Shown in pieces: positions 1 through 5,040 of a stretch of 5,701 nt of DNA. Every line of letters starts with the position of its first letter. Positions within the stretch are counted from its first letter, which is position 1. The notes below the pieces were generated by a model. That model worked only from the letters and a program-made list of their open reading frames with translations. It ran no database searches and was not told where the DNA came from. Both the position numbers and the translations under genes were made by a program. The stretch is from an archaeon (GTDB taxonomy: Archaea; Asgardarchaeota; Hermodarchaeia; Hermodarchaeales; Hermodarchaeaceae): positions 1 through 5,701 of the forward strand of contig JABXGV010000126.1 of the NCBI GenBank assembly GCA_016550485.1, written 5' to 3'.

Positions 1-66
1 ATTGTGAGGTGTAGTTTTCGTAGAAGTATTCCTTTTAAGAGTTTTCGAAAGCTTCCTTGCGGTTTG

Positions 67-543
67 TCACTTGATTTCTGTTATTGTTTTGACAATCTTG
101 TCGGCGGCTTCTTGTACAGGGGGTGTGATTGGTTGTGTGAATTCGACGTTGAGTGGCTGTATTCCAAGGACTAGGATTGTAGTTTCTATTTGATTGAGGA
201 CGTATTCGATGAAGAAGGTAAGGGGGAGTTGGTGAGTAGAAAAGGCAACACCGCCAATGGTGTCCTTGTCTATTAAGCGGATGGTGCCGGGTGGCTCGTT
301 CATTAGTGCTGCGTCAACTATAAGAACAAGAGAGGGATTCATGTCGCAGAGACGGCTGATGAAATTTTCGGGTACAGTACTGGCGTTGATGAGTTCCACG
401 TTTTCAGGAACTCTGTTCTGGAGCTGCTTCACGATGTATGGACCGACTCCATCATCGGCCTTTAGATCATTTCCGACGCCTATGATAACAGTTCGGGGTG
501 AATTTCTAAGCGCTGCCGTTAATTGATGTTGCCAGGACTCCAT
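67..543 (-). CDS. hydrogenase maturation endopeptidase (peptidase A31; HycI/HybD/FrhD-like)
   Basis: A 158-aa ORF with an ATG start. The N-terminal motif VIIGVGNDLKADDGVGPYIV matches the GxGNxxxxDDGxG signature of this family. It is followed by LVLIVDAA...PPGTI and FSTHQLPL, the Asp and His metal-ligand regions. No hydrogenase structural gene is visible in the window. Confidence 0.85.
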   Translation of the reverse strand: MESWQHQLTAALRNSPRTVIIGVGNDLKADDGVGPYIVKQLQNRVPENVELINASTVPENFISRLCDMNPSLVLIVDAALMNEPPGTIRLIDKDTIGGVAFSTHQLPLTFFIEYVLNQIETTILVLGIQPLNVEFTQPITPPVQEAADKIVKTITEIK

Positions 544-556
544 TTTGTGAGAAGAC

Positions 557-564
557 TTTATAAT
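557..564 (+). promoter_or_regulatory. candidate TATA box (TTTATAAT) in the 23-bp divergent gap
   Basis: This is the only A/T-rich octamer between the two divergent ORFs. If it drives the plus strand with the usual spacing (box at about -30 to -23), transcription would start near 587. That is downstream of the GTG at 567 used by the ORF track. I cannot decide which strand it serves. Confidence 0.3.
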
Positions 565-566
565 GA

Positions 567-1232
567 GTGATAAAGGTTGCTATCTCTGGCAGCATCAATC
601 GCTTCCTTGAAGGTGTAAACTATTTGGCAGAAGAACAGCCGCTTGAAGAAATTACTGATGATGAAGACCAAGAAGAGACTCGCCCTCAGCTTCCCGAGGA
701 GCCCATAACTGCTAAGGTCTCCAGAGGAATTATTGTTGTGAAAGGGGAAGTGGCTCGTGTTCTTCACGAAGCTGGACACTATGGCACCTTGAAAGGTGAA
801 GAGGAACTCGCCTTAGAGCCTGAAGAAGCGCTCTTGCTTGTTCGAAGAAAGCGAATTCAGGTTCTTGACCGAAAAGGAGAGGAACTAGATTTTTCGGTTT
901 TGCTTCAGATGCTATCCAAACGTCACCCTAGATTGTGGACGCAATATCTTGTATATAGTGACCTTAGAAGCAGGGGTTATGTTGTCCGCACAGGCTATGG
1001 GAAAGGACTATGGTTTCGTGTTTATCCACGCGGAGCAAAACTAAACGAGGTAACAGCGAAGTATTTTGTGTGCGCTATTTCGGAGGGCTCACCACTGAAG
1101 GTAGCAGAACTAGAGAAGCTTAGCCGACTAGCATTAAGGAATCGGAAGAGGCTAATGTTAGCCGTGTTGGACCGACAAGGCGAGGCAACATACTATTTAG
1201 TTTCACCAGCAGATATCACCGCAGCTAAATAA
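567..1232 (+). CDS. endA: tRNA-splicing endonuclease subunit, EndA family; His-less and probably the structural (beta-like) subunit
   Basis: A 221-aa ORF. Residues from about 47 onward (AKVSRGIIVVKGE...HYGTL...LEPEEALLL) look like the EndA N-terminal domain. YLVYSDLRSRGYVVRTGYGKGLWFRVYPRG...RNRKRLMLAV...YYLV matches the EndA C-terminal domain. The Tyr of the YxRG motif and the Lys of RKRL are present. Where catalytic subunits carry the general-acid His, this protein reads T-A-K-Y-F-V. The start is uncertain: GTG at 567, or the in-frame TTG at 624. There is no in-frame ATG before the homologous region. Confidence 0.85.
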   Translation: MIKVAISGSINRFLEGVNYLAEEQPLEEITDDEDQEETRPQLPEEPITAKVSRGIIVVKGEVARVLHEAGHYGTLKGEEELALEPEEALLLVRRKRIQVLDRKGEELDFSVLLQMLSKRHPRLWTQYLVYSDLRSRGYVVRTGYGKGLWFRVYPRGAKLNEVTAKYFVCAISEGSPLKVAELEKLSRLALRNRKRLMLAVLDRQGEATYYLVSPADITAAK

Positions 1233-1258
1233 AAGGGAGAGTGGCGGGCCCGCCGGGA

Positions 1259-1287
1259 AATCCGGCGTACACAACTCGTGTGGCGCG
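1259..1287 (-). other. tRNA-Arg T-loop intron (29 nt, position 59/60)
   Basis: The intron is CGCGCCACACGAGUUGUGUACGCCGGAUU. The exon tetramer UUCG pairs with the intron tetramer CGGA (one G-U pair). The bulges are AA|C and UU|U. An internal intron helix forms from GCG/CGC plus ACAC/GUGU. The spliced T-loop is UUCGAAU. Confidence 0.8.
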
Positions 1288-1326
1288 TTCGAACCCGGGA
1301 TTACAGGCTTAGGAGGCCTGCGCCTT

Positions 1327-1347
1327 TTTCGGGATACCAATGAACCA
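1327..1347 (-). other. tRNA-Arg D-loop intron (21 nt, just 3' of G18G19)
   Basis: The intron is UGGUUCAUUGGUAUCCCGAAA. The exon tetramer UCGG, ending 2 nt before the 5' site, pairs perfectly with the intron tetramer CCGA, ending 2 nt before the 3' site. The bulges are AU|U and AA|A. An alternative register using GGAU/AUCC gives an oversized D-loop, so it is less likely. Confidence 0.7.
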
Positions 1348-1417
1348 ATCCGACTTGGCCACGGGCCCTGAATATGATTGTCCCTGACTAGAAGGAAGAA
1401 CTATTTCCGTATTTCGC

Positions 1418-2104
1418 TTATCTTGTCAGACGTTTGGTATCCGAGTCTGTGCCAACATAGACGACATCAGCTTGGTGCGGGAAGAGACCTGTTTCAATAA
1501 CTCCTGGAATTGATATCAGCTGAGCGTCCATCTGAGCAGCATCGCTGATTTCGGGAAATATTACATCTACAATGAAGTTACCATTATCAGTAATCACAGG
1601 CCCCGCTTTGCTTTGCCCCTGCCTAATTTTGGGTGTACCTCCAAGTTCCTTAATTCGTTTCAAGGAGAGTGATAGCCCAGGCGGAATTACCTCAACAGGC
1701 ACTGGCGTTTTAACACCCAATTTAGGTACAAGTTTTCTTTGATCCACAATAACAATGAATTCCTGAGCGATTTCGGCGAGAATCTTCTCTCTCAGGAGTG
1801 CAGCCCCTCCCCCCTTGATTAGTGCAAGCTCCCCATCTACCTCGTCAGCCCCATCAACCGCAAGTGGACAAACCGAAATGCTTGTTAAACATTCAACTCT
1901 AAAACCAGCAGCACGAAGGCGATGCCCAGTCGCAAAGGAGCTAGGGACCGTTATTATCGACAGCTCATCAGCAGCCACCTTCTCTGTAAGCAAATCTATG
2001 AAGATTTCTACAGTGGAACCAGTGCCAACCCCCAGCGTCATTCCATCAGTAACATGTGCTAGCGCTGCCTCGGCGGCCCTTCGCTTCTCATCGATTACAG
2101 CCAT
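1418..2104 (-). CDS. rpiA: ribose-5-phosphate isomerase A
   Basis: A 228-aa ORF with an ATG start. It carries the RpiA signatures GVGTGSTV near the N-terminus, DGADEVD, and KGGGAALLREKI. Confidence 0.93.
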   Translation of the reverse strand: MAVIDEKRRAAEAALAHVTDGMTLGVGTGSTVEIFIDLLTEKVAADELSIITVPSSFATGHRLRAAGFRVECLTSISVCPLAVDGADEVDGELALIKGGGAALLREKILAEIAQEFIVIVDQRKLVPKLGVKTPVPVEVIPPGLSLSLKRIKELGGTPKIRQGQSKAGPVITDNGNFIVDVIFPEISDAAQMDAQLISIPGVIETGLFPHQADVVYVGTDSDTKRLTR

Positions 2105-2179
2105 TGGATTTACCTTCTTCCATCAAATCTCCTAGATGCTTAATATAACTTACCAAGGAGCTGTAAGAAAAGAAAGAAA

Positions 2180-2256
2180 TGGAGCCTCGGGCGGGATTCG
2201 AACCCGCGACCCTCGCCTTACCAAGGCGATGCGCTACCGAGCTATGCCACCGAGGC
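2180..2256 (-). tRNA. tRNA-Thr (anticodon GGU), intron-less, CCA encoded
   Basis: The reverse complement reads GCCUCGG UG GCAU AGCUCGGUA GCGC A UCGCC UUGGUAA GGCGA GGGUC GCGGG UUCGAAU CCCGC CCGAGGC U CCA, 77 nt. A T-rich tract follows on the minus strand at 2163-2179. Confidence 0.93.
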
Positions 2257-2285
2257 TCAGATGATGAGAGGTGCCGAGGGCGGGC

Positions 2286-2310
2286 TTCTCGCGGAACGCA
2301 ACCGTTCAGT
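2286..2310 (-). other. tRNA-CAU T-loop intron (25 nt, position 59/60)
   Basis: The intron is ACUGAACGGUUGCGUUCCGCGAGAA. The exon tetramer UUCG pairs with the intron tetramer CGAG (one G-U pair). The bulges are AA|A and AA|G. The internal helix is GAAC/GUUC. The spliced T-loop is UUCGAAG. Confidence 0.8.
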
Positions 2311-2332
2311 TTCGAACCCGCGATCTCCAGAT

Positions 2333-2376
2333 GGCTCAGGCGCCAGGTTCAATTTCTTGACCCTGGGGCAACGCCC
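2333..2376 (-). other. tRNA-CAU canonical intron (44 nt, position 37/38)
   Basis: The intron is GGGCGUUGCCCCAGGGUCAAGAAAUUGAACCUGGCGCCUGAGCC. The exon tetramer CUCA (32-35) pairs with the intron tetramer UGAG. The bulges are UA|G and CC|A. The intron helix GGCG/CGCC flanks the motif. Confidence 0.88.
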
Positions 2377-2438
2377 TATGAGTCTGGCGCTCGAACCAGG
2401 CTAAGCTACCTCGGCGTTTCCCTATCCTTAATTCGTTC

Positions 2439-2446
2439 CTTTTAAT
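2439..2446 (-). promoter_or_regulatory. candidate TATA box (ATTAAAAG on the minus strand) for the tRNA-CAU/tRNA-Thr unit
   Basis: An A/T octamer whose usual -30 to -23 spacing would put the transcription start at about 2416. That is 1 nt from the tRNA 5' end at 2415. Confidence 0.4.
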
Positions 2447-2489
2447 TCTTATTCTCAATAACTCTCATCCCTTTTGCTGCTCGAAGCAG

Positions 2490-2497
2490 TTTTAAAG
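2490..2497 (+). promoter_or_regulatory. candidate TATA box (TTTTAAAG) for tRNA-Leu
   Basis: The usual spacing predicts a transcription start at about 2520-2521. That is 40 nt upstream of the tRNA-Leu 5' end favoured here, and exactly at the upstream GCGGGGG copy. Confidence 0.45.
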
Positions 2498-2560
2498 GGA
2501 AAGTTGTTTCAACACTAAATGCGGGGGCCCTCCAAGGGTCAGCGACCGCATGACAAGGCG

Positions 2561-2661
2561 GCGGGGGTTTCCAAGAGACCCTATAGCCAAGCCTGGTCAA
2601 AGGCGCAGGACTTAAGATCCTGTCTCGCAGGAGTTCCCGGGTTCGAAGCCCGGCCCCCGCA
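2561..2661 (+). tRNA. tRNA-Leu (anticodon UAA), one short intron between positions 8 and 9
   Basis: The gene reads GCGGGGG U[16 nt]A GCC AAGCCUGGUCAAA GGC G CAGGA CUUAAGA UCCUG UCUCGCAGGAGUUC (long variable arm) CCGGG UUCGAAG CCCGG CCCCCGC A. It is followed by CCU. The mature length is 85 nt without CCA. A second GCGGGGG at 2521-2527 gives an alternative 5' end, covered in the findings. Confidence 0.85.
2569..2584 (+). other. tRNA-Leu intron (16 nt, position 8/9)
   Basis: The intron is UUCCAAGAGACCCUAU. The exon tetramer GGGG (2563-2566) pairs with the intron tetramer CCCU (2579-2582, one G-U pair). The bulges are GU|U and AU|A. The inner intron helix is only about 2 bp, so this is a relaxed motif. 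Confidence 0.6.
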
Positions 2662-2729
2662 CCTTTCTTCTTGACGACATTAACTCTAGTTAGCAAGCAG
2701 AGATATTCCTATTCGGTTAGAAAGAGGTG

Positions 2730-2835
2730 TGGAGCCTCGGGCGGGGATTGAACCCGCGACCAGCAGCTTACAAGGTTCAACGTTTCCAGTTGGGTTTCCG
2801 GGAACTCTGTCGCTCTACCGCTGAGCTACCGAGGC
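2730..2835 (-). tRNA. tRNA-Thr (anticodon UGU), one intron in the anticodon stem, CCA encoded
   Basis: The reverse complement reads GCCUCGG UA GCUC AGCGGUA GAGC G ACAG[31 nt]C CUUGUAA GCUGC UGGUC GCGGG UUCAAUC CCCGC CCGAGGC U CCA. The acceptor stem is identical to that of tRNA-Thr(GGU). Positions 27 and 43 form an A-C mismatch. Confidence 0.85.
2776..2806 (-). other. tRNA-Thr(UGU) intron (31 nt, position 30/31)
   Basis: The intron is AGUUCCCGGAAACCCAACUGGAAACGUUGAA. The exon tetramer CGAC pairs with the intron tetramer GUUG (one G-U pair). The bulges are AG|A and AA|C. This is the only register that restores an ACAGC/GCUGC anticodon stem. Confidence 0.7.
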
Positions 2836-2946
2836 ATACACGCAGGTGAAGTATTACTCCTTTTTGACTTTTATGGCGCTAGGATAGATTGCTACATTGA
2901 CAGGTAACCTTTATCAGTATCCCAGTTATTCATTTCTCTACCCTTT

Positions 2947-3052
2947 GGGCTGGTGGTCTAGATTTCTGGAAGGTGAACCTTCTGGACTGGATTGGTATGA
3001 TGCGAGGTTTGGGACCTTGTGATCCCGGGTTCAAATCCCGGCCGGCCCACCA
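2947..3052 (+). tRNA. tRNA-Pro (anticodon UGG, G37), one D-loop intron, CCA encoded
   Basis: The gene reads GGGCUGG UG GUCU AGAU[29 nt]UGGUA UGAU G CGAGG UUUGGGA CCUUG UGAUC CCGGG UUCAAAU CCCGG CCGGCCC A CCA. It is 106 nt as a precursor and 77 nt when mature. Confidence 0.9.
2964..2992 (+). other. tRNA-Pro D-loop intron (29 nt, just 5' of G18G19)
   Basis: The intron is UUCUGGAAGGUGAACCUUCUGGACUGGAU. The exon tetramer CUAG pairs with the intron tetramer CUGG (one G-U pair). Both bulges are AU|U. A 9-bp intron helix forms from UCUGGAAGG and CCUUCUGGA. A GAUU direct repeat at both junctions leaves the mature sequence unchanged for nearby registers. Confidence 0.8.
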
Positions 3053-3058
3053 TTTTTT
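3053..3058 (+). terminator. oligo-T tract after tRNA-Pro
   Basis: TTTTTT lies directly after the encoded CCA. This is the usual archaeal intrinsic termination signal. Confidence 0.45.
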
Positions 3059-3101
3059 CTATTATTGTTAGTGATGATGCATTCGTAGAACTACGAAACC
3101 A

Positions 3102-3109
3102 TTATATAT
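3102..3109 (+). promoter_or_regulatory. candidate TATA box (TTATATAT) for 5S rRNA
   Basis: It is preceded by the purine-rich sequence CGAAACC. The usual spacing puts the transcription start at about 3132, at the 5' end of the 5S helix I. Confidence 0.5.
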
Positions 3110-3129
3110 TCATTGGTTGATGATGATGG

Positions 3130-3250
3130 TTGGACGCGGTCATAGAAACTGGGTCACACCCGGTCCCTTCAGACCCCGGAAGTTAAGCCGGTTTCGTCTG
3201 TTCGAGTACTGATGTCCGAGAGGCTTCGGAAAAGAGCCGAACTGCGTCCA
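3130..3250 (+). rRNA. rrf: 5S ribosomal RNA
   Basis: Helix I forms from UGGACGCGG at the 5' end and CUGCGUCCA at the 3' end. The conserved internal block CACACCCGGUCCCUUCAGACCCCGGAAGUUAAGCC is typical of archaeal 5S rRNA. T-rich sequence (TTTCTTCTGCCTTTT) follows. No 16S or 23S sequence is in the window. Confidence 0.92.
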
Positions 3251-3332
3251 TTTCTTCTGCCTTTTAGCAAAGGTTTTTATTCACTGTTGAAACCGTTCCG
3301 AAATAGATTCTGATAACTGGTGAACTAAACAA

Positions 3333-4433
3333 ATGCAAGTTGGTACCGAGTGGTCGTGGATATTCCAGCTCATATTCATGGTCGTGTTTGTCATGCTTTA
3401 CCTTTATGGACAACGACTCCAGACCTACATGATGACGCGGCAAGTTGAGGCTGCTACAGTACAGCTAGAATCCCTCTCAAAACAGGGCAAACAGATTGCC
3501 TTTCGAGTGTTTAAGGAGCTTGGTGTTACTGAGGAAGACATCAATGCAGCTGTTGAAGAGTTCATGGAGTTCTTCTTAATCGAACCGGTGAGTGTTGATC
3601 CTGCCGGTGTTCTGGGCAGGTTGGAACACCTTCTAGATGTACGTTCGCATAGATACGAGAAACATATAGCGCGGGTTGCTCCAGATGCTGAACCTGAACA
3701 GGCTGCAAATGCGGAGAGCGTACTTTCTGCAGCCATGGCTGTGTATTATGTTTTTAGAGTCGTTCGCCACTTTCTAATTCTTGGAAAGAAAACCAAGAGC
3801 ATTTATCTCATCATGCAGGTCCAGATGCAACTACCACAAATTATGCAGATGGCAAAAGCTTACTTCGATGCTATCAAAGCTTTTGCTGATGGTAAACCAA
3901 TTGGAGATGGCATGGGACCCTTAGCCGTTGCGCATTTCGCACGAGAATTAAAGACCAGTAAAACTGAGGAGCTTGCCAAGCACACAGTATCTATATCTGC
4001 TAGGTTTGAAGAACGGACTGTCTATATTGTTCGAGCGAAAGGATATGGCTCACATGTAGGCAAGCCTGGTGAAGTAATCCGGAAGCTGGTCGACCGTCAT
4101 AAAAGCAAAGTTGCTAGAATCATCACTGTCGATGCTGGTCTGAAGCTGGAAGGAGAAGACAGCGGGCACGTTATTGAAGGAGTTGGTGCGGCAATCGGTG
4201 ATCCTGGACCTGAGAAATGGAAAATGGAAGACTCGGGTGTTAGGTATGACATTCCGATTGACGCGATTGTAATAAAAGAATCTCTTGAAGACGCCCTCAG
4301 TCCGATGAAAAAGGCACTCGTCGACGCGGTTCCTAAGGTAATAGAACGAATAAAGCGCGCGATCCGCCTTCGAACAAAGAAAGGCGATGCTATAATCATA
4401 GCTGGAATCGGAAACACAATGGGTATAGCCTAA
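3333..4433 (+). CDS. conserved archaeal protein of unknown function with an N-terminal transmembrane helix (DUF1512-like)
   Basis: A 366-aa ORF with an ATG start. The N-terminal hydrophobic segment is WSWIFQLIFMVVFVMLYLYG, followed by QRLQ. The rest looks soluble, including GYGSHVGKPGE...ITVDAGLKLEGEDSGHVIEGVGAAIGDPG. The family name comes from my memory of roughly 370-aa archaeal DUF1512 proteins and was not tested. Confidence 0.8.
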   Translation: MQVGTEWSWIFQLIFMVVFVMLYLYGQRLQTYMMTRQVEAATVQLESLSKQGKQIAFRVFKELGVTEEDINAAVEEFMEFFLIEPVSVDPAGVLGRLEHLLDVRSHRYEKHIARVAPDAEPEQAANAESVLSAAMAVYYVFRVVRHFLILGKKTKSIYLIMQVQMQLPQIMQMAKAYFDAIKAFADGKPIGDGMGPLAVAHFARELKTSKTEELAKHTVSISARFEERTVYIVRAKGYGSHVGKPGEVIRKLVDRHKSKVARIITVDAGLKLEGEDSGHVIEGVGAAIGDPGPEKWKMEDSGVRYDIPIDAIVIKESLEDALSPMKKALVDAVPKVIERIKRAIRLRTKKGDAIIIAGIGNTMGIA

Positions 4434-4529
4434 ATAACTGAAATCTCATATGCTCGTAATTCGGTCTTTACGTTCTATCACGTGTAAAGCGTTAACGGAG
4501 GTGATTCACTGCCAGGATTCCCATATGAC

Positions 4530-5003
4530 TTGGTAGCAATAGGAGGCACCTTTGACAGGCTCCACAAAGGACATAAAACCCTCTTACGTAGAGCATTCGA
4601 GCTAGGACAGAGAGTTATCATCGGATTAACCACACACGCCTTGATAAAACACAAACCCGACTGGCGATTAATTAACTCATATGAAAAACGAGCAGCAGAA
4701 TTGAGACAATGGCTGGATTTTGAAAGTTATGAAGGACGCTACATGATTGAGCCATTATGCGACCCGTATGGGCCTGCAATCACGGAAGAAAAACTGCAAC
4801 TCATAGTTGTCAGTGAGGAAACCTATTCTAGAGCAAAAGAGATCAACGAGATTCGAAGAAAAAGAGGGCTTCCACTCCTAGATATCGCAGTACTAACAAT
4901 GATTCTAGCGGATGATGAAACGTCAATTTCTTCAACACGAATCCGAGCAGGAATCATTGACCGCGATGGCCGACTAGAGTACCATGACCGAGCTACTCAG
5001 TAG
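4530..5003 (+). CDS. coaD: phosphopantetheine adenylyltransferase, archaeal/eukaryotic type (cytidylyltransferase fold)
   Basis: A 157-aa ORF. GGTFDRLHKGH is the (T/H)xGH nucleotidyltransferase motif, and ISSTRIR is the C-terminal ISSTxxR motif. The size is typical for archaeal PPAT. The only in-frame start after the upstream stop is TTG at 4530. A GGAGGTGA sequence at 4497-4504 is too far away to act as a normal SD for it. Confidence 0.75.
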   Translation: MVAIGGTFDRLHKGHKTLLRRAFELGQRVIIGLTTHALIKHKPDWRLINSYEKRAAELRQWLDFESYEGRYMIEPLCDPYGPAITEEKLQLIVVSEETYSRAKEINEIRRKRGLPLLDIAVLTMILADDETSISSTRIRAGIIDRDGRLEYHDRATQ

Positions 5004-5040
5004 AGGAAGGCTTTAAGAGTGGATACGCTTCTTTTATCTT

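Larger units (their letters stand above)
1242..1368 (-). tRNA. tRNA-Arg (anticodon CCU), two introns, CCA encoded
   Basis: The reverse complement reads GGGCCCG UG GCC..GGC G CAGGC CUCCUAA GCCUG UAAUC CCGGG UUCGAA..U CCCGG CGGGCCC G CCA. The pre-tRNA is 127 nt. Removing the 21-nt and 29-nt introns leaves a 77-nt cloverleaf. Confidence 0.88.
2272..2415 (-). tRNA. tRNA with anticodon CAU (elongator Met or Ile2), two introns
   Basis: The reverse complement reads GCCGAGG UA GCUU AGCCUGGUUC GAGC G CCAGA CUCAUA[44 nt]A UCUGG AGAUC GCGGG UUCGAA[25 nt]G CCCGC CCUCGGC A. The G1-C72 pair and the CCAGA/UCUGG anticodon stem argue against an initiator. CCA is not encoded; the gene is followed by CCU. It lies 15 nt upstream of tRNA-Thr(GGU) on the same strand, so the two are probably co-transcribed. 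Confidence 0.87.

Noticed and set aside
2333-2376. The possibility that the 44-nt canonical intron hosts a C/D box guide RNA, as in some euryarchaeal tRNA-Trp introns.
   Set aside because: It contains a CUGA near its 3' end but has no UGAUGA C box and is too short for two guide regions.
2272-2415. The possibility that the CAU tRNA is the initiator tRNA-Met.
   Set aside because: Archaeal initiators have an A1-U72 pair and three G-C pairs at the bottom of the anticodon stem. This gene has G1-C72 and a CCAGA/UCUGG stem. Elongator Met and Ile2 (modified C34) cannot be told apart from sequence alone.
2521-2661. An alternative tRNA-Leu gene model starting at the upstream GCGGGGG, with a 40-nt or 57-nt intron in or after the acceptor stem.
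   Set aside because: The tetramers that would have to form the central BHB helix do not pair (CGGG with CGGG, or CGGG with ACCC). The 2561 start with a 16-nt intron gives GGGG/CCCU. I kept the duplication itself as a finding.
2179-2696. ORFs 2179-2445 (plus, 88 aa) and 2442-2696 (minus, 84 aa).
   Set aside because: Both are read straight through tRNA genes (Thr-GGU, CAU and Leu-UAA). Their translations are Arg/Pro/Gly-rich artefacts of tRNA sequence.
3071-3129. A possible C/D box sRNA between tRNA-Pro and 5S. It has a perfect C-box-like GUGAUGA at 3071-3077 and a repeated UGAUGAUG at 3118-3128.
   Set aside because: There is no CUGA D or D' box anywhere between or after these motifs on either strand, and no terminal stem. 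The 5S TATA box lies inside the interval. The motif repeat may be promoter-proximal or chance.
257-4417. Antisense or overlapping ORFs 257-526 (+), 558-779 (-), 1815-2135 (+), 3425-3736 (-) and 4097-4417 (-).
   Set aside because: Each lies opposite a longer ORF with clear family motifs (protease, EndA, RpiA, the 366-aa protein). Each has a Ser/Ala/Thr- or Phe-rich low-complexity translation typical of shadow frames.
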